64,000 nt of DNA, from contig CP089274.1 of the NCBI GenBank assembly GCA_023920165.1, positions 3,720,001-3,784,000 of the forward strand, read 5' to 3'. Every line of letters starts with the position of its first letter. The stretch's first letter is position 1. Shown here piece after piece: positions 12,682-25,622 of this stretch. Under the pieces are notes generated by a model, which saw nothing but the letters and a program-made list of their open reading frames with translations, made no database searches and was not told the origin of the DNA. Both the position numbers and the translations under genes were made by a program. The stretch is from Curvularia clavata. Taxonomy: Eukaryota.

Positions 12682-14652
12682 GGCTTACGATGCAGATTTC
12701 GTGACCAACTGCCTCGCAGAATTTTCTGACCAGAATAAAAAAAGAGAGACACAAAGCGAGAAGGCGTGGATGAACACTGAGAACGACCCTCCTTCTGATC
12801 TGCAACAAGTCGAACAGTTGCCGATATTATACTGAGAAGACCCTCGGGAGGCCTGATGATACGCCCCCATATCTGTGGCTCGTGCCGCTGCAGCCACTCC
12901 CGAGTGCAGTGCCCCTGGGGTTGCTGTTTTCATATGTCATTTTTGCTTCTGAAGCCCCATATTGCGAATAAGAAAGCGGCAATCTTCACCACACTACCGG
13001 CTGTTGAGCAGACTCTAACAACGGAAACCAGGGTTTTGACATCCCCGGGTGCGCTAAGCAGTGGGTCCCGTTTGGGGGATGCGGGCTGGAGCGCCCTTGA
13101 GCAACGGAGCTTTTCCTCTCATGTATGAGTGGGCGTGGATTCAAGTCCCCAGACGGGCTGGACTATAGGTTGACGTAAACCAACGGAACCACATTCTCCA
13201 CAGCAGTCATGCATGGTTGATACGCGCTGGGTAAGAGAGGGATGGAGAATGCACGTTTTCCTTTTCCATAGACTACAAAAGAAAAGGCATGCACACTACA
13301 TTGCCACAAAGTAATATATTTGGTTGCAAATGAGTGCATAGCGTGGGCATTGGGCGCGAACGAGCTGAAGACATGCATTGTCGTACCTTGGCAGGGAGCG
13401 TCACAACCCTGCTACTGACTTCTGCTGGTTGCCGTATGTAAGAGTCGCAATCGGCTACCAAGGATAATTGGCCCCTGCTCTCTGTGGTTTCGTGCTTCTG
13501 GAGCGGCCGCCTTCGGCGCGGTTGTGAGGCTTGCCACCACACAGTGTAGGGGGCCAGGAGATCAGTTGCCTATTTGGCCTGGAAGGAATGCCATGGCCAT
13601 CCGTTTGGCTCTCCTGGGTAATTTTCCTTGCCAGACGCCGAGTCAGTGTCGGCCCTCGGCACTTGAAAGCCAGCCAATAACTCGGGGAGGCTGAGGCTTG
13701 TTTGCATGTGTTCATCATCGGTGACTAGGGGCGCTGTCTATGTTGTCTTTTTCTTTGCTAGACACATTGACGGCGAGGTACATATGAAAGGCGCCCATTG
13801 ATTGGTATAAAAGTAAATATGTATACATCTATGGTGATACACTACAGCGACAGTGGTGTACAAGCCAGATGTTCCCAGTGGTTTCCCCCGTAGTGCCAAT
13901 CAAGCGATGCATGAAGACCGCTGGGTAGGATCGCGGAAGCGGAACAAAAAATGGCGTGCATCTGGGCGGCGGGTTGGAATCGAAGCCTCACGAGTCGTCA
14001 AGCTAGCCTGTTTTAAACCCGCCTGCGTGAAGCGATAGCCTCCAAGGAACGTATAGGGAGTTCACATGCACACTTTGCTTCCCATCCTTCTTGTTTCGAA
14101 AACGACCAGGGGAGAATGGAATTGCCCCCATCAGGTTTAGCGAGTGGGCCTCCACCTCCACCCCTTCAAGTGACCAGATTACTTTTTCTTAATACTGCTG
14201 GGTTCAAGTTGGGGCTTACTAAACCATTGAAAATTTTCCATGGTGAACTATGAGATGCATGATTAGTATGCAGTACTGCATCAGAGGCGAGGGCTGCCGA
14301 GTGAGGAGATAGTTGTCTGCAGGTGATATGTCGTGGCCAAGTGACCCTGATGCGGCAGTGCTACAAGGAACGGCTCGTTGACCCCATTTGCCGATCTTGC
14401 CGAAAAGTAAAAACTCCACATCTGGGCTGCATTCGACAGACACCGCGGAGCCAGTTGTCATCCAATGTCTCTAGGTGTAAACTAATCAGCCATACGCTAA
14501 CATGTGCCGGACACTAGATGCAAAAGAGTAAGACAAGCCGTCCATGACAACTAATCGGCGAACATAAGATACATGTACAAGAATCTCTATGCTCCCCGCT
14601 TTATTTCGGGATCTTGAACTTTTCTTCTTCTGCCAGATCGAGCTGCAGGTGC

Positions 14653-16391
14653 ATGATGGGTAACCAGAATGCCCTTTCCGAGGAATCCTTCCCAAGCCTC
14701 GTTACACTGTGTTTCTCATCGGCATTAGTATACATCTTGATTACCGCCTGTTATCGTCTCTATTTCCACCCACTCGCTTCATTTCCCGGTCCGTTCTGGG
14801 CTCGCTTAACTGTGATCCCATCATGGTGGCACACGCGTACTGGTGACAGGCACATTTGGATGCATAGCCTGCAAGAGAAATATGGTATGGCCAAGCGTCT
14901 CACGCTCATAGGTGCTCTTGCTCACAGCCTCCAGGCCCAGAATTCCGGTACCGCCCAGACAGCGTCGTGCTCAACACCCCGTCTGCTTTCAAGAAAATAT
15001 TCGGACCGAAAGGCAACGTCAAGAAGAGTGACTACTACCGTGTATGGCCGCGCAATGTCCACTCAATCAACACGTGGAGCAGCACGACTATCGATGTCCA
15101 TGCCCGAAAGCGTCGTGTATTGAACTATGCGTTTTCTGAGGCTGCACTGCGTGACGCTGAAGTGTTTCTGCACTCCAATATGGATCGTTGGTTGGAGTTG
15201 ATTGGACAGCAAGCTACAAAGGATGGCGAGTGGACGACACCAATCAATATGTGTGATTGGATCAACTGGCTCGTATTCGATATTCTTGGTGACCTATGTT
15301 TTGGCAAGAACTTCAAAATGAAGGAGCCTGAGAGTGACCTGCGCCATATTCCAGAAGTCATGGCTACATACCTGGAAATCATCCACTCGGTGAGTCATGT
15401 CCACCCAATACCCTGTTTGAACAGTGCTAATGATTCCAAGATCGCCTTCAGCCCATTTGCTGACATTTGGTTGTGGCTGAAGCCCAGGGGTCTGGATTGG
15501 CTCTTGTCGGTTGCCACGCCGCCAGCTGTTCAGAGATGGCAGGACTTTGTGAATCAGTGTCTCGCGAACCGTTCTCGGGATGAACAAGAATTGGAGAAGA
15601 ACCCAAAACCGGAGAGCGAGGTCCGAAGAGACTTCTTCCACTGGCTCTTCAAGGCCGTCGATCCTGAAACTGGGGAACGCGGCTACGATCTGAACGAACT
15701 ATACGCTGAATGCGAGTTGTTGACCATCGCTGGCTCAGATACGACGTCGGTTGTCATGTCAGCTGCCTTCTTCTACCTAGCAAGGCAGCCGGAGGTCCAA
15801 GCCAAGCTTGCTCAAGAAATCCGATCGACTTTTGCAAGCTACGATGACATCAGGTCTGGCAGTAAAATCACGTCCTGCAAGTACATGACAGCATTCCTTC
15901 AAGAAGCCATGCGTATGACCCCACCGCTTGCCGCCGAGCCGAGCCGGCAGGTTCTCCCAGGCGGCACCAGTGTCGACAACCATTACTTCCCCGCTGGTGT
16001 TCACTTAAGTACTGGTATGTACTGTCTCAGTTACAACGAGAACGTGTACCCTGAGCCCTTCAAGTTCCGACCTGAGCGCTGGATTGTGGACGAGTCTGGA
16101 AAAGAGGGATCTTCAGCGGAAAGCGTAGCTTTGGCTGAGACTGGCTTCTGTGCCTTCTCTTTTGGTACCCGTGGTTGTGTCGGCAAGAATCTTGCCTGGC
16201 TCGAGATGCGTCTTGTTCTAGCGAAGACACTTTGGATGTACGAAGTACAAAGGGTTCCGGGTAACAACCTTGGTGGAGGTGATCCAAAGGCGCAGCCTGG
16301 GCGACAGGTGGAGGACCAATACCAACTCTACGACATGTTTGTGGCCAACAGGAAGGGGCCCGTGGTACAAATGAGGAAGAGGCAGTGTTGA
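14653..16391 (+). CDS. Cytochrome P450 monooxygenase (benzoate 4-monooxygenase-like annotation class)
   Basis: N-terminal TM anchor then YRLYFHPLASFPGP; I-helix AGSDTT, ExxR (EAMR), PERW and heme motif FSFGTRGCVG; introns at about 14885-14934 and 15390-15440. Confidence 0.93.
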
Positions 16392-17437
16392 AAGCGGCTT
16401 GTTCAGACCATGGGTGAAGAGATTGCAGTGTACATCTGATGAGGCTGAAATGTAAGGGTCGTTGAACGAGTCCAGCCACCAATTTTGGCACAGAAATACG
16501 AGTAAGCAATTCAAGTACCAGGTTCTGTCCAACTATTCATGAGCAATCCTCTGCACCAAAGATGTCATGCATTGCATGGGTAGAGCCGGCATTCGGCTGA
16601 CGAGGGGCTTACGGCCCTGCAGGTGTAGGCAATCGGAGAATGGTCAGCACTCGCCCTGGCATCCTAACGTCAATCATTGCACAACCAGTAGCGGGGAACA
16701 TGAGCAGGCTTAAGATGTCTTATATACCTTTCATCTCTCGTTAACATAACATTGAAATCGCCTTCAGCTTGCAATTATGTTCTCCCTCCAGCGTATCCAC
16801 TCACGTGCGGCGCGTGCCACGGCACCGATTTTGGCCCCCAATAGTCGCCCGCCACCGCCAGCCCAGACACGGCAAAGGCAAGCGAACCTTGCAAGTCTTG
16901 CTGTTGCGCGCTGTATAATTAGCAACGCCCATTCGCAATGCCCAACCACTAGAGCAGTATGAGCATGTGACTAGAGCTCGCAAAAACCCTGGATTTCCAT
17001 CTCTGTTTCCCACTTCATTGGTTGTTCCCCTGATTTCGCGCGACGCCGGCTGTCTACCAGTCAGCACCTCAGCTCCGGTCAGGGCTGAGCTGAGCTATCC
17101 GTCCATCTACTCAGCCCCAAAACCAGGCACGAGAACCTCTCAGAGTAATTCACCGACTCGTCACGTCACACCGTGCCCAAAGAAACAATCATTTCCCCAG
17201 TAAAATTTGTTGAAACACATCTGCATGCGCCATCTTGATATGACAGAACAAGACTGACACGTGCGGCACACGTTGTAAAGCATCTTCAGCCACGTGCGTG
17301 CGATTTTGCGGGTTGCTGCTTTTCTCCTCTTCTCTTTTTAGCCTTGTCGTCGCTGCCAATTACGCCCTTCGAGGACTCGAATACATGAGCAATCAGCATA
17401 GGTCGCGCTTACGCTACCCAAGACGCTGATAACGGCC

Positions 17438-20202
17438 ATGTCAGACGTACCGACCGTCCTCCAGGTTGGCTCTCCTGTGATAAACAGAGGCCAGTCAGAA
17501 TATGCAGTTCCCTCCGCATTGCGCGTTGGATCCCCGATAACCAGAGAGCCTCCACCGGCTCAGGCTCGTCCGCCACTTACTCGCAGGACCGATTCAGGTT
17601 CTTCAAACAGGATTTCCCAACTCTTTCCATCGACCCCATCATTGGTATCCCCACTTGGGTCTCCTGGTAATGCCTCTGAAGCAAGCCGACAATCATTTCC
17701 TTCACCTCTGGTGCCCGGCCCCGGGACTTTGTATTATATACCTTCTGCTCCTGCACCTCCTACACCAAAACCATCTACTTTCACTGAGGAAACTGCATAT
17801 AACCCTATTGCATCGATCTTCACCCCAGAAAGCACATTACCGCCATTGGACAAGAGTAATGGCAGAACACGAAAGGTGTTAGACCGACTTGCCTTGCTGA
17901 ACAGGGGCTCCTTCCGAGGCGGTCGTTATAACCGGTTAGACAATGAAGAGGCAGTAACTTCAAAGGGCAAGCTCAAAGGCGTGGAAGAATGCGACGAGCC
18001 AGTCGGATATGATTTGAGTTCCCTTGGAGGACTGCCAACGAAGACGCATGAAGCACAGCGGATTGAAAGTGGCAAAACTGGAGCAAGCGCAAGGGCTCAG
18101 GAGCTGGATGAGGCCACTCATGTTGCCGAATTCGAGAGCCTGGAGGCACAGCTAGGTGCTGGTATGACATCCATCTTCCACAAACCCTTTACGCACACAC
18201 CTGCTGGACCGGTTCCAGGGTATTTTCCGGGCCATCGAAGAATACTGTCCGCAGACGATGCAGCAGAAGAACAGGCCAAGGAAGCCCAAGTCGAAGCCGA
18301 GAAAACCGGACAAGTCGTCGCGGTTTCAGCAGAAGTCCCCATTGACATTAGCGATTTCGCGGGCTTCGCGCGCGACTTTGAGTCCATGAGGAGTCTTACA
18401 GCCGAAGCTGGCCTCATTCGAAAAGGAGCAGAGACGAGTTACTTCTTCCCAGAAGGTGCGCTTTCATACGGTACTCCTGAAGTTTTTAAACTGACGCACT
18501 GGCAGATCCTCAGATGCCAAACTGGCGACCTGCCACCATGAGTCAGTGGTGGCTGCTAATGCTAGTTGTTATTGCACTTTCGCTTGCGGGCATACAGGAG
18601 TATCTCTGCCAACGCTCTATGAGTGCAGTTAGGCAGGACCCCAAAAACGGTGGCTTGACCAGTTTTGAGGGGGTAGCTGCGATGGACCCGTCCATATACT
18701 TTGCGTGGAAATACGCACCGATCATGATCTTCGTCTTCTATGGCGTGCTCTGGCAAATGTCGGATTTCGAAGTAAAACGCTTGGAGCCATTTTACCAGCT
18801 ATCCAAGAAGACCGGCGCCACTGCAGGGGAGTCACTGAACATGGACTACCTCACCTTCATGAGCTGGTTGGTGCCACTTAGAGCCCTCCGTCACAAGCAA
18901 TATGCTGTCATCTACAGCTCTCTAGGAACTTTGATTGCTAGCAGTCTTGTCCCAGTTCTTCAGTCATCTTCTTTGTACATGCATCCATCAAAGCTGAACC
19001 GCAACGTCACAGGACTGAAATCAATCAGAGTTCAGCCGATCTGGTCCAGGGCAGTATCCGCATGTCTCGTCGCCGTGGCCTGCTGCGGCGGAGCATTAAT
19101 GTATGCCATGCGGCGAAAAAGTGGCCTGCAATCAGATCCCAAGGGCATCGCAGGCATCGCAGCCATGGCTACCAAGAGTCATATTCTTGCCGATTTCAAA
19201 GGACTGGACTGCGCGCCCTTGGAACAAATTCACAAAAAACTTCGAAACCGGAGGTACATCCTGCATAAGAGCTCTCTTTGGCAGGGTGAATACATCAAGG
19301 ACAGCAAAGAAAAGATACACGAGCACGGTTCTGACCCTAGGCCGCTGATGCTGCGGTATCGATCCGGCATTCCCTTCATCAGCTTCCTCATCGCTTTCAC
19401 CATAGCGGTACCTGTTTTTACTTTTGTCGACGATCTCAGTATCTTCAAAGAGAACTTTCCCTGGATCATGACTGGCCTAGCGACCGTAATCCGCATCCTC
19501 TGGAACACCATGAACTGCGATATCCGCATGCTGCAACCGTTCTACCTTCTTTCTCTCCGGCACGCCCCAGCCAAAACCCTTACCTTGGACTACGCCGGCA
19601 CGAACCCATTCTGGCTCCCCATCAAAGCTTTCCTCAACCGCCACTACCTCGTCATGTTCGTAGCCTTTGGATCAGTTCTCGCGGAAATATGCACTGTCTG
19701 CGTCTCCTCCATCAGCGTTGATGGTAGAAAATTCATTCCGGGAAACGGCGGCAAGAACACAGACGATGACCACGACGGTAACGCCAACGATGCCACAGAC
19801 CGCTACAACACGGACCAGACCTTTCGCAGTTTCTGGACGAGTTTCACTCTCGCTATGATCATTCTCCTTTATCTCATTGCAATCGCCCTCATCGCCTACG
19901 CAAAGCGCAGCCACAAGTTTATGCCGCGCCAGATTGGTACTATGGCGAGCGTGCTTGCTTATATTCACCAGTCGAAGATGCTCGTCAGCTTCGTCGACAC
20001 GGAGAAATTCAACTCAAACAAGATGACACGGCATCTAGAGAAAACCGGCAAGACATATGCATTGGGCTGGTTTCGGGGACGAGATGGCGAAGATCACTTG
20101 GGCATCGACGAAGAGGAGATCCACAGTGCCTATGTATATGGCAAGGATTGGACCGAAGGGAGGTTGAGACCTGGCAGGGATACCGAATGGGAACATTACT
20201 AG
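17438..20202 (+). CDS. DUF3433-domain multi-pass membrane protein with a long disordered N-terminus
   Basis: ORFs 17438..18541 and 18514..20202 joined by intron 18456-18505 (YFFPE|DPQMPNWRP); two repeats of the D..[VI][KR].L[EQ]PFY.LS....A...L..DY motif characteristic of DUF3433. Confidence 0.85.
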
Positions 20203-20512
20203 ATATCAATAATACGAATGCTATACGATCAAATATCAGCAAAGCATGATAAGCATCGCGTTCCCGTGATTGCTATGTAGATCTAGGAACTCTCTCCATT
20301 ATTAGGCTCGCCCTTGACGTTGGAAAATGCAACCCAGCAACTCGCGCTAACTCCCTATACTCTGGACCCTTGCGCCCAAAACGCCCCTTTGATGCTGGTA
20401 TAATCGCTAGAACGCGTACGTTGCCGCGTCATCTACATCGTCTGCCACCCTGACGATTGCGTTCGCTAAATGTCTTATGCAATCTTTCTCTCATGTTCTT
20501 CTCCCCTCGCCT

Positions 20513-21270
20513 TTAATTCTGCCCATCTCCCACATTGCTCACAAGCCAATCCATACCCTCTTGTACACCCCTTCCGTCGACAGCGCTACATGCGACAATG
20601 CTCCAATTCCTGTCTTTGAGCTCGCCCAGCCGTAGGGCCTCGCTGATCTCGCCTGCCCCCTTTGCGCCCGGTTGATCCTGCTTGTTTGCGAAAACGAGGA
20701 GTGCGGCATCACGGAGCTCTTCTTCGTTGAGCATGGCGCGCAATTCTTCCGATGCGGTGGTGAGACGCTCGATATCAGTGCTGTCAATGACGAATATGAC
20801 GGCGGCTGTATTGGCATAGTAGCAGCGCCAGTAAGGGCGGATTGAGGTTTGTCCTCCTAGGTCCTAAGAGACGGTTAGATCTTTGTGATTGGTATGGCTG
20901 GAGGATGATGGGATGACATACCCAGACATTGAAATTCAAATTCTTGTACGTTACTGACTCAACATTGAAACCTATTGTTGGTATCGTTGTGACTACTTCT
21001 CCAATCTAGTGTCGTTCGTTAGTATGTGCTCTAGTTTTCGGCGGTGTAAGATGCTTGGCTCTCGTCGCCTTTTATCCTATTAAACCACTGCATCATACGT
21101 ACCTTCAGTCTGTACAGCAATGTTGTCTTGCCAGCGTTATCCTGTATTTGTAATTAGCGTCACGAACGCCTTCAGACCGTTCAAGGCTGCCTCACAAGAC
21201 CAAGAATCAATATCCGTATCTCCTTCTTTGACCATATCAACTTTGTAAACGTTGACAAGTAGCCGCCCAT
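20513..21270 (-). CDS. ARL1: ADP-ribosylation factor-like GTPase 1
   Basis: Spliced product [76 protein letters not shown]...[10 protein letters not shown]...GMDWL; Gly2 myristoylation site. The exact last exon is uncertain. Confidence 0.95.
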
Positions 21271-22077
21271 TGTGTTCTCCCTGTGTCTGGCCCGCCGTTT
21301 TTAGTGTATATGTATGGGGTTTGCCGCCGTATAGGGTGATCTCGAAGAAGAAGACGCGGTCGGGAATGTACGAGGGGTGTTTTGCCGACTTGGGTTTTTC
21401 GAAGTGTCTTTGGAATGGATACAGGCCGTTGCAGTATGTGAAAAGGGGTGTTGGTCGTGTGTTGCTGCTGTTGTCTGGCCAGAGTTGGCCATCGGACATG
21501 CAAACAGGACAAACACCGAGGATCGTCGGCAGCTGGTTTTCCCGATCCGCATCCCCGTCGCGGTTACGTCTCACGTGATGAATCTTGAACTAACCGGCTG
21601 CTTTACCAAGCGCTGACACGAAAAAGGAGAAAGGGTAAAGAGTGCTTCTTTTCGTTATTCACGGCTCAATTGAACATACTGTAATGCGGTTGTATTCCCA
21701 CCGAACCAAATTCCATCTTCGTGTTGCAACTCGCCCAGCAGCTCATCTAAAGTTCTATCTGCTAATAAAACTTCGGGTGCACCTAGTCTTCTTCACGTAG
21801 CTTGGCTGTTTTAAGTGAAATGTCAGACAGACAATAGCTTTCGGATATACGTCAGATACTTCCACAGTCGAAAGCGAAAATCAGCGCAGCACCCCTTCGA
21901 AACTTGTATCAGGCGTAAGACCATTATCAGAACCCTAGACCATTACAGCACCCAGGAGACAACAGCTTGAAGTATCACTGATTTTATACAACAAGCAATC
22001 TCCCTAGACGTGACAGACTACTGATACACAGTGCTTCCGTAAACCCAGTAAACACACCCTCAACAACAAGACCCGGC

Positions 22078-23751
22078 TCAGTTTTTACCCGCGCGGTTAT
22101 CGAGCTCGGTAGCATCCTCTGCATAAGTAACCGACTGCTTACGTTGCTCCTCCTTGATACCCGCCTCAACATCCCACCTCCGCTGTTCAGCCGATACATC
22201 CCCAAAGAGAATATCAATCTCCTCTAGACTCTTTCCCTTTGTCTCCTTGATGAAAAAAGTAGCAAAGACACTCATGGCAAGACAGAAGATACCAAACATG
22301 AGGAACGTCCTCCAGCCAATGTGGTTGACAGCTTCGGGAGTAATCTTTGTAATGACAAAGTTAAAGAGCCACTGCGTTGCAGCACCCATGCCGACACCGT
22401 ACGAACGCAGGCGCGTGGGGAAGATCTCGGATAGATAGACCCATGGAACGGGACCCCAGGAAGCCGAGTAACCAATTACATAGAGGTAGATCATAGCTGC
22501 CATTGCCATGGATGCTGAGCTCACGGTGTCTGACTTGGGATTTGGTGGGTGGGTTGCCAAAATCGCTCCGATAATGAACATCATGGATGACATCCATACC
22601 GCACCGGCCATGAGGGATTTCTTACGGCCGAGGAAATCAATACCGACAAGAAGGAAGATTCCCGTAGTAATGACTTTAACAGTGCCATAGATACCAGTTG
22701 CGAACAGGGAAGCATTGGCAGCAGATACGCCGATAGCCTGGAAGATCTGCGGTGCGTAGTAACCTAGACAAAATCAGTATACTTTAACTAAATCTCCAAG
22801 ACACAGTAGACCTACCAATAGAGTTTGTGCCGCTAAACTGCTGCCAGAACATGAGAACGAATCCAGTAATGAACCGGTATCGATTTCCAGGGAGAAGACA
22901 CTCTTTCCAGGTGATTCCCTCAGTTTGGTTCAGTTCTTCCTCGACGGCAGCACGGATCTCCGCCAGTTCCTGTTGGACCTCTGGACTATCAGGCGTCTCG
23001 CAGCGAATGAAACAAAGAGACTCAACAGCCTCCTCGTGTCGACCCTTGGACATCAGCCAACGGGGAGATTCCTTCAAAAAGAACAAACCGATCAGCATGA
23101 TGCCACCCGGAACAAGTTGCATCGCAACAGGAACCCTCCACTGCTTAGTTTCGCTAGGCATGTGCAGGTTCACACCGTATCCAAGCCAGTAAGCAAATGT
23201 ACTACCGATGACGAGGAACTCCTGGAAGAGACCTGCGATACGTCCGCGGACAGCTGGAGGCGCGCTTTCAGAAACAAAGACGGGCGTGATGGAAGACATG
23301 CCACCGATTCCGAGGCCCGCAATGACGCGGCCGCCGTAGATGAGACCGATTTCGTGATGAGCGCCAGTCTGAAGCGCGGCACCGATGAGGAAGACGAGGG
23401 CGAGGCCCATCAGAGAGTATCGTCGGCCGAAGCGCTCGTTCAGCCACGCCGCTCCTATCGCACCGAAGAAGCATCCGGCTGTTAGCAGCGACACGACATT
23501 GGAAGACACAGAGGCGTTCTTCGCGTCAGCGAAACCGGATTTTGCTGTCGGCAAGCCGAAGTCTTTCTTGAAAGATTTCAGCGCAAGAACGCTGCCCATG
23601 ACTCCAGTGTCATATCCTGTAATGATTATCAGCGATGGTGTTTTCGTTGGAGGACGAGCCAAGCTTAATACGCACCGAAGAGCAGCGAGCCCATATAGGC
23701 AACGCCAGTCAGTAGATAGACTCTGCGGTTCTTGAAGAAAGCGGATGGCAT
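22078..23751 (-). CDS. MFS sugar porter, quinate permease-like
   Basis: MPSAFFKNRRVYLL..SLLFG|YDTGVMG; ERFGRR, ESAPPAVRG, KESPRWL, QQFSGTNSI|.YYAPQIF, WGPVPWVYLSEIFP, ETKGKSLEEID; two introns. Confidence 0.92.
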
Positions 23752-25622
23752 CTTGTTGTACACTTGGTAGGCGAGCCTGCTTGAGGAGAGGGCGGGCGGG
23801 CGAAGCTTTTCTATGGCGAAGGCCAAACGATTACTAAAGTGGTACCATCGTCGGCAAGCTCATCCTTCGGTCTTTGCGTCGCTATCTTCTGGGGCAGCGT
23901 CACCCACCCCAGACTCCACATTCCGTCTCCCGTTGAGGAGGACACCCTCCGCAGACCCAGTTTTATTTTCTCCACCAGTCACTTGCTAGTTAGCAGCGAT
24001 GGCTGAAGATTAGCTTGAGTCTAAATTCCCGTCATTGCAAGAGTGTGAGGAACTGCCGTAGTCTGGCGCAAACAAACTCGGGTGGTTTCCAGCAATCTAT
24101 AGTTAACATAAAATGTGGCTCAAGAGTACGAAGACAAGCCTTCCCAAGCGAATTTCTGCCAAAGCGCCGCAATGCTTAGTTCTGCATATCGGGTGCACGT
24201 GCGACAATAGCGCGTTGTCTGAGTGGTGGCTTTTCGACCTTGGTTACGGATAAATCGATGGCTGGCAGGTATTTCCCCGGCCTGCGCGTAAGGACAAGGA
24301 GGCCCACGAGGCACGTATATGAGTTGCCGATGCTCAGTGTTACGTCGAGGTGCTATTGGGCCATCGCTGTCTCAGAACTCACCACAGCATAGCGTGTCTT
24401 TTTGCCTGGGTCCGAGGCTACACCGACCCAGCCATTTGCGACGGCGGGTCCAGTGTTGGGTGTTGGCGTTGAGCTCTCGTTGGGTGGAAGTCACCGCAAT
24501 CGATGCTTGAAAGAAATTACCCAAATGGGAAATCATGTCTTGGAATTTGAGTTCGTATGAACCAGGTCACGTTCTTTAGGGTGAGCATGTCTGCGAATGA
24601 CAATGTCAGCATCAGATGGCACATTCTGAACGATCACGCTGGCTTAAAGCTTCATTTGCGAGGCGCCCGCGAATTTCTTGGCACGACCTTTTCCTGATGA
24701 TATTCCCATCAACAGCATTGGTTTCATAGCAATTTCTAACTGCTGTTTGCTCAAAGTCAGGCAAAGAAATCAGCAGCAAAAATCTTGTTACGAGACATGA
24801 TTCCAATAGCCAATATGGCAGCCCTACTTCGTACTGAACCCAACATTGACAGCAGACCGTGCCACAAACTCAGGGAAGTGGTTCCAGACTTAGAGGGTTT
24901 TTTCGAAACAACCCCTGGGGAGCGATTCCGAAGTAAAGTCAAGTATACAAAAAAGCGGTCGTGGCTAACTATAGCCAAATCCCACTAATTCCTCGTCGGC
25001 AACTTTAGTCGTCCTTATTTTCAGCCTCGCACAGCTCGTACCTCATTACGAATACATCCATATTCCGTTCTCCCAACTCTGCAACCCAGTACTCGATCTC
25101 GGACCTTTATCAACTCCATTCTTCGAACAATTCGGAATGCCCAGGCTTTGTGCTTCCTTACTCCGACCAATAGTCCTTAAGCTAGCCAACCACATGCGTT
25201 CCATTGGGGTATTGCGGGGCACCACCATCTAGAACCCCCACTACAGTATGCCCTTCTCGTGCCGATAGGGCGCAACACATGCATGTTTTTTAAGTGAATG
25301 CACGTTGAGAAAATGCTGCTTGCCACACGTCCCGCGGCGTGTGTCGCGGACTGCCAAGGCATTGATTGCAGTGCAGCTCTACTGAATACGGATATAAGAT
25401 CCCGGATTGACGTTGGTATTTATAACGTCAAAGGGATTTTGGGTGGACTTGAGATCAATCCTTTTGTGCTTTCCATGTTACAAACATCTTCCCACAAGTC
25501 GTAGACTCCGTGTTGTGTGGTTTTGGTTGACACCAGGGAACCTTTCGGTTTTCTCCACGCTGCTTCATTCCTCAAGACTCTATTCTGCAGGAGATACAGG
25601 CTCAACTGCCAATCCTATCACC

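Noticed and set aside
13128..13162. B-box-like GGATTCAAGTCCC
   Set aside because: Deviates from the consensus and has no cloverleaf context.
21571..21578. TCACGTGA palindrome about 300 bp upstream of ARL1
   Set aside because: A plausible bHLH site, but a single 8-mer is expected by chance in 64 kb and needs conservation data.
24600..25000. Short ORFs between the divergent MFS genes
   Set aside because: Under 75 aa, with no consistent splice structure or recognisable motif.
25407..25622. Open in-frame region upstream of the MCH-type transporter ATG
   Set aside because: No ATG, no biological expectation of dual targeting, and a promoter-like sequence (TATTTATAA at about 25417) lies inside it.
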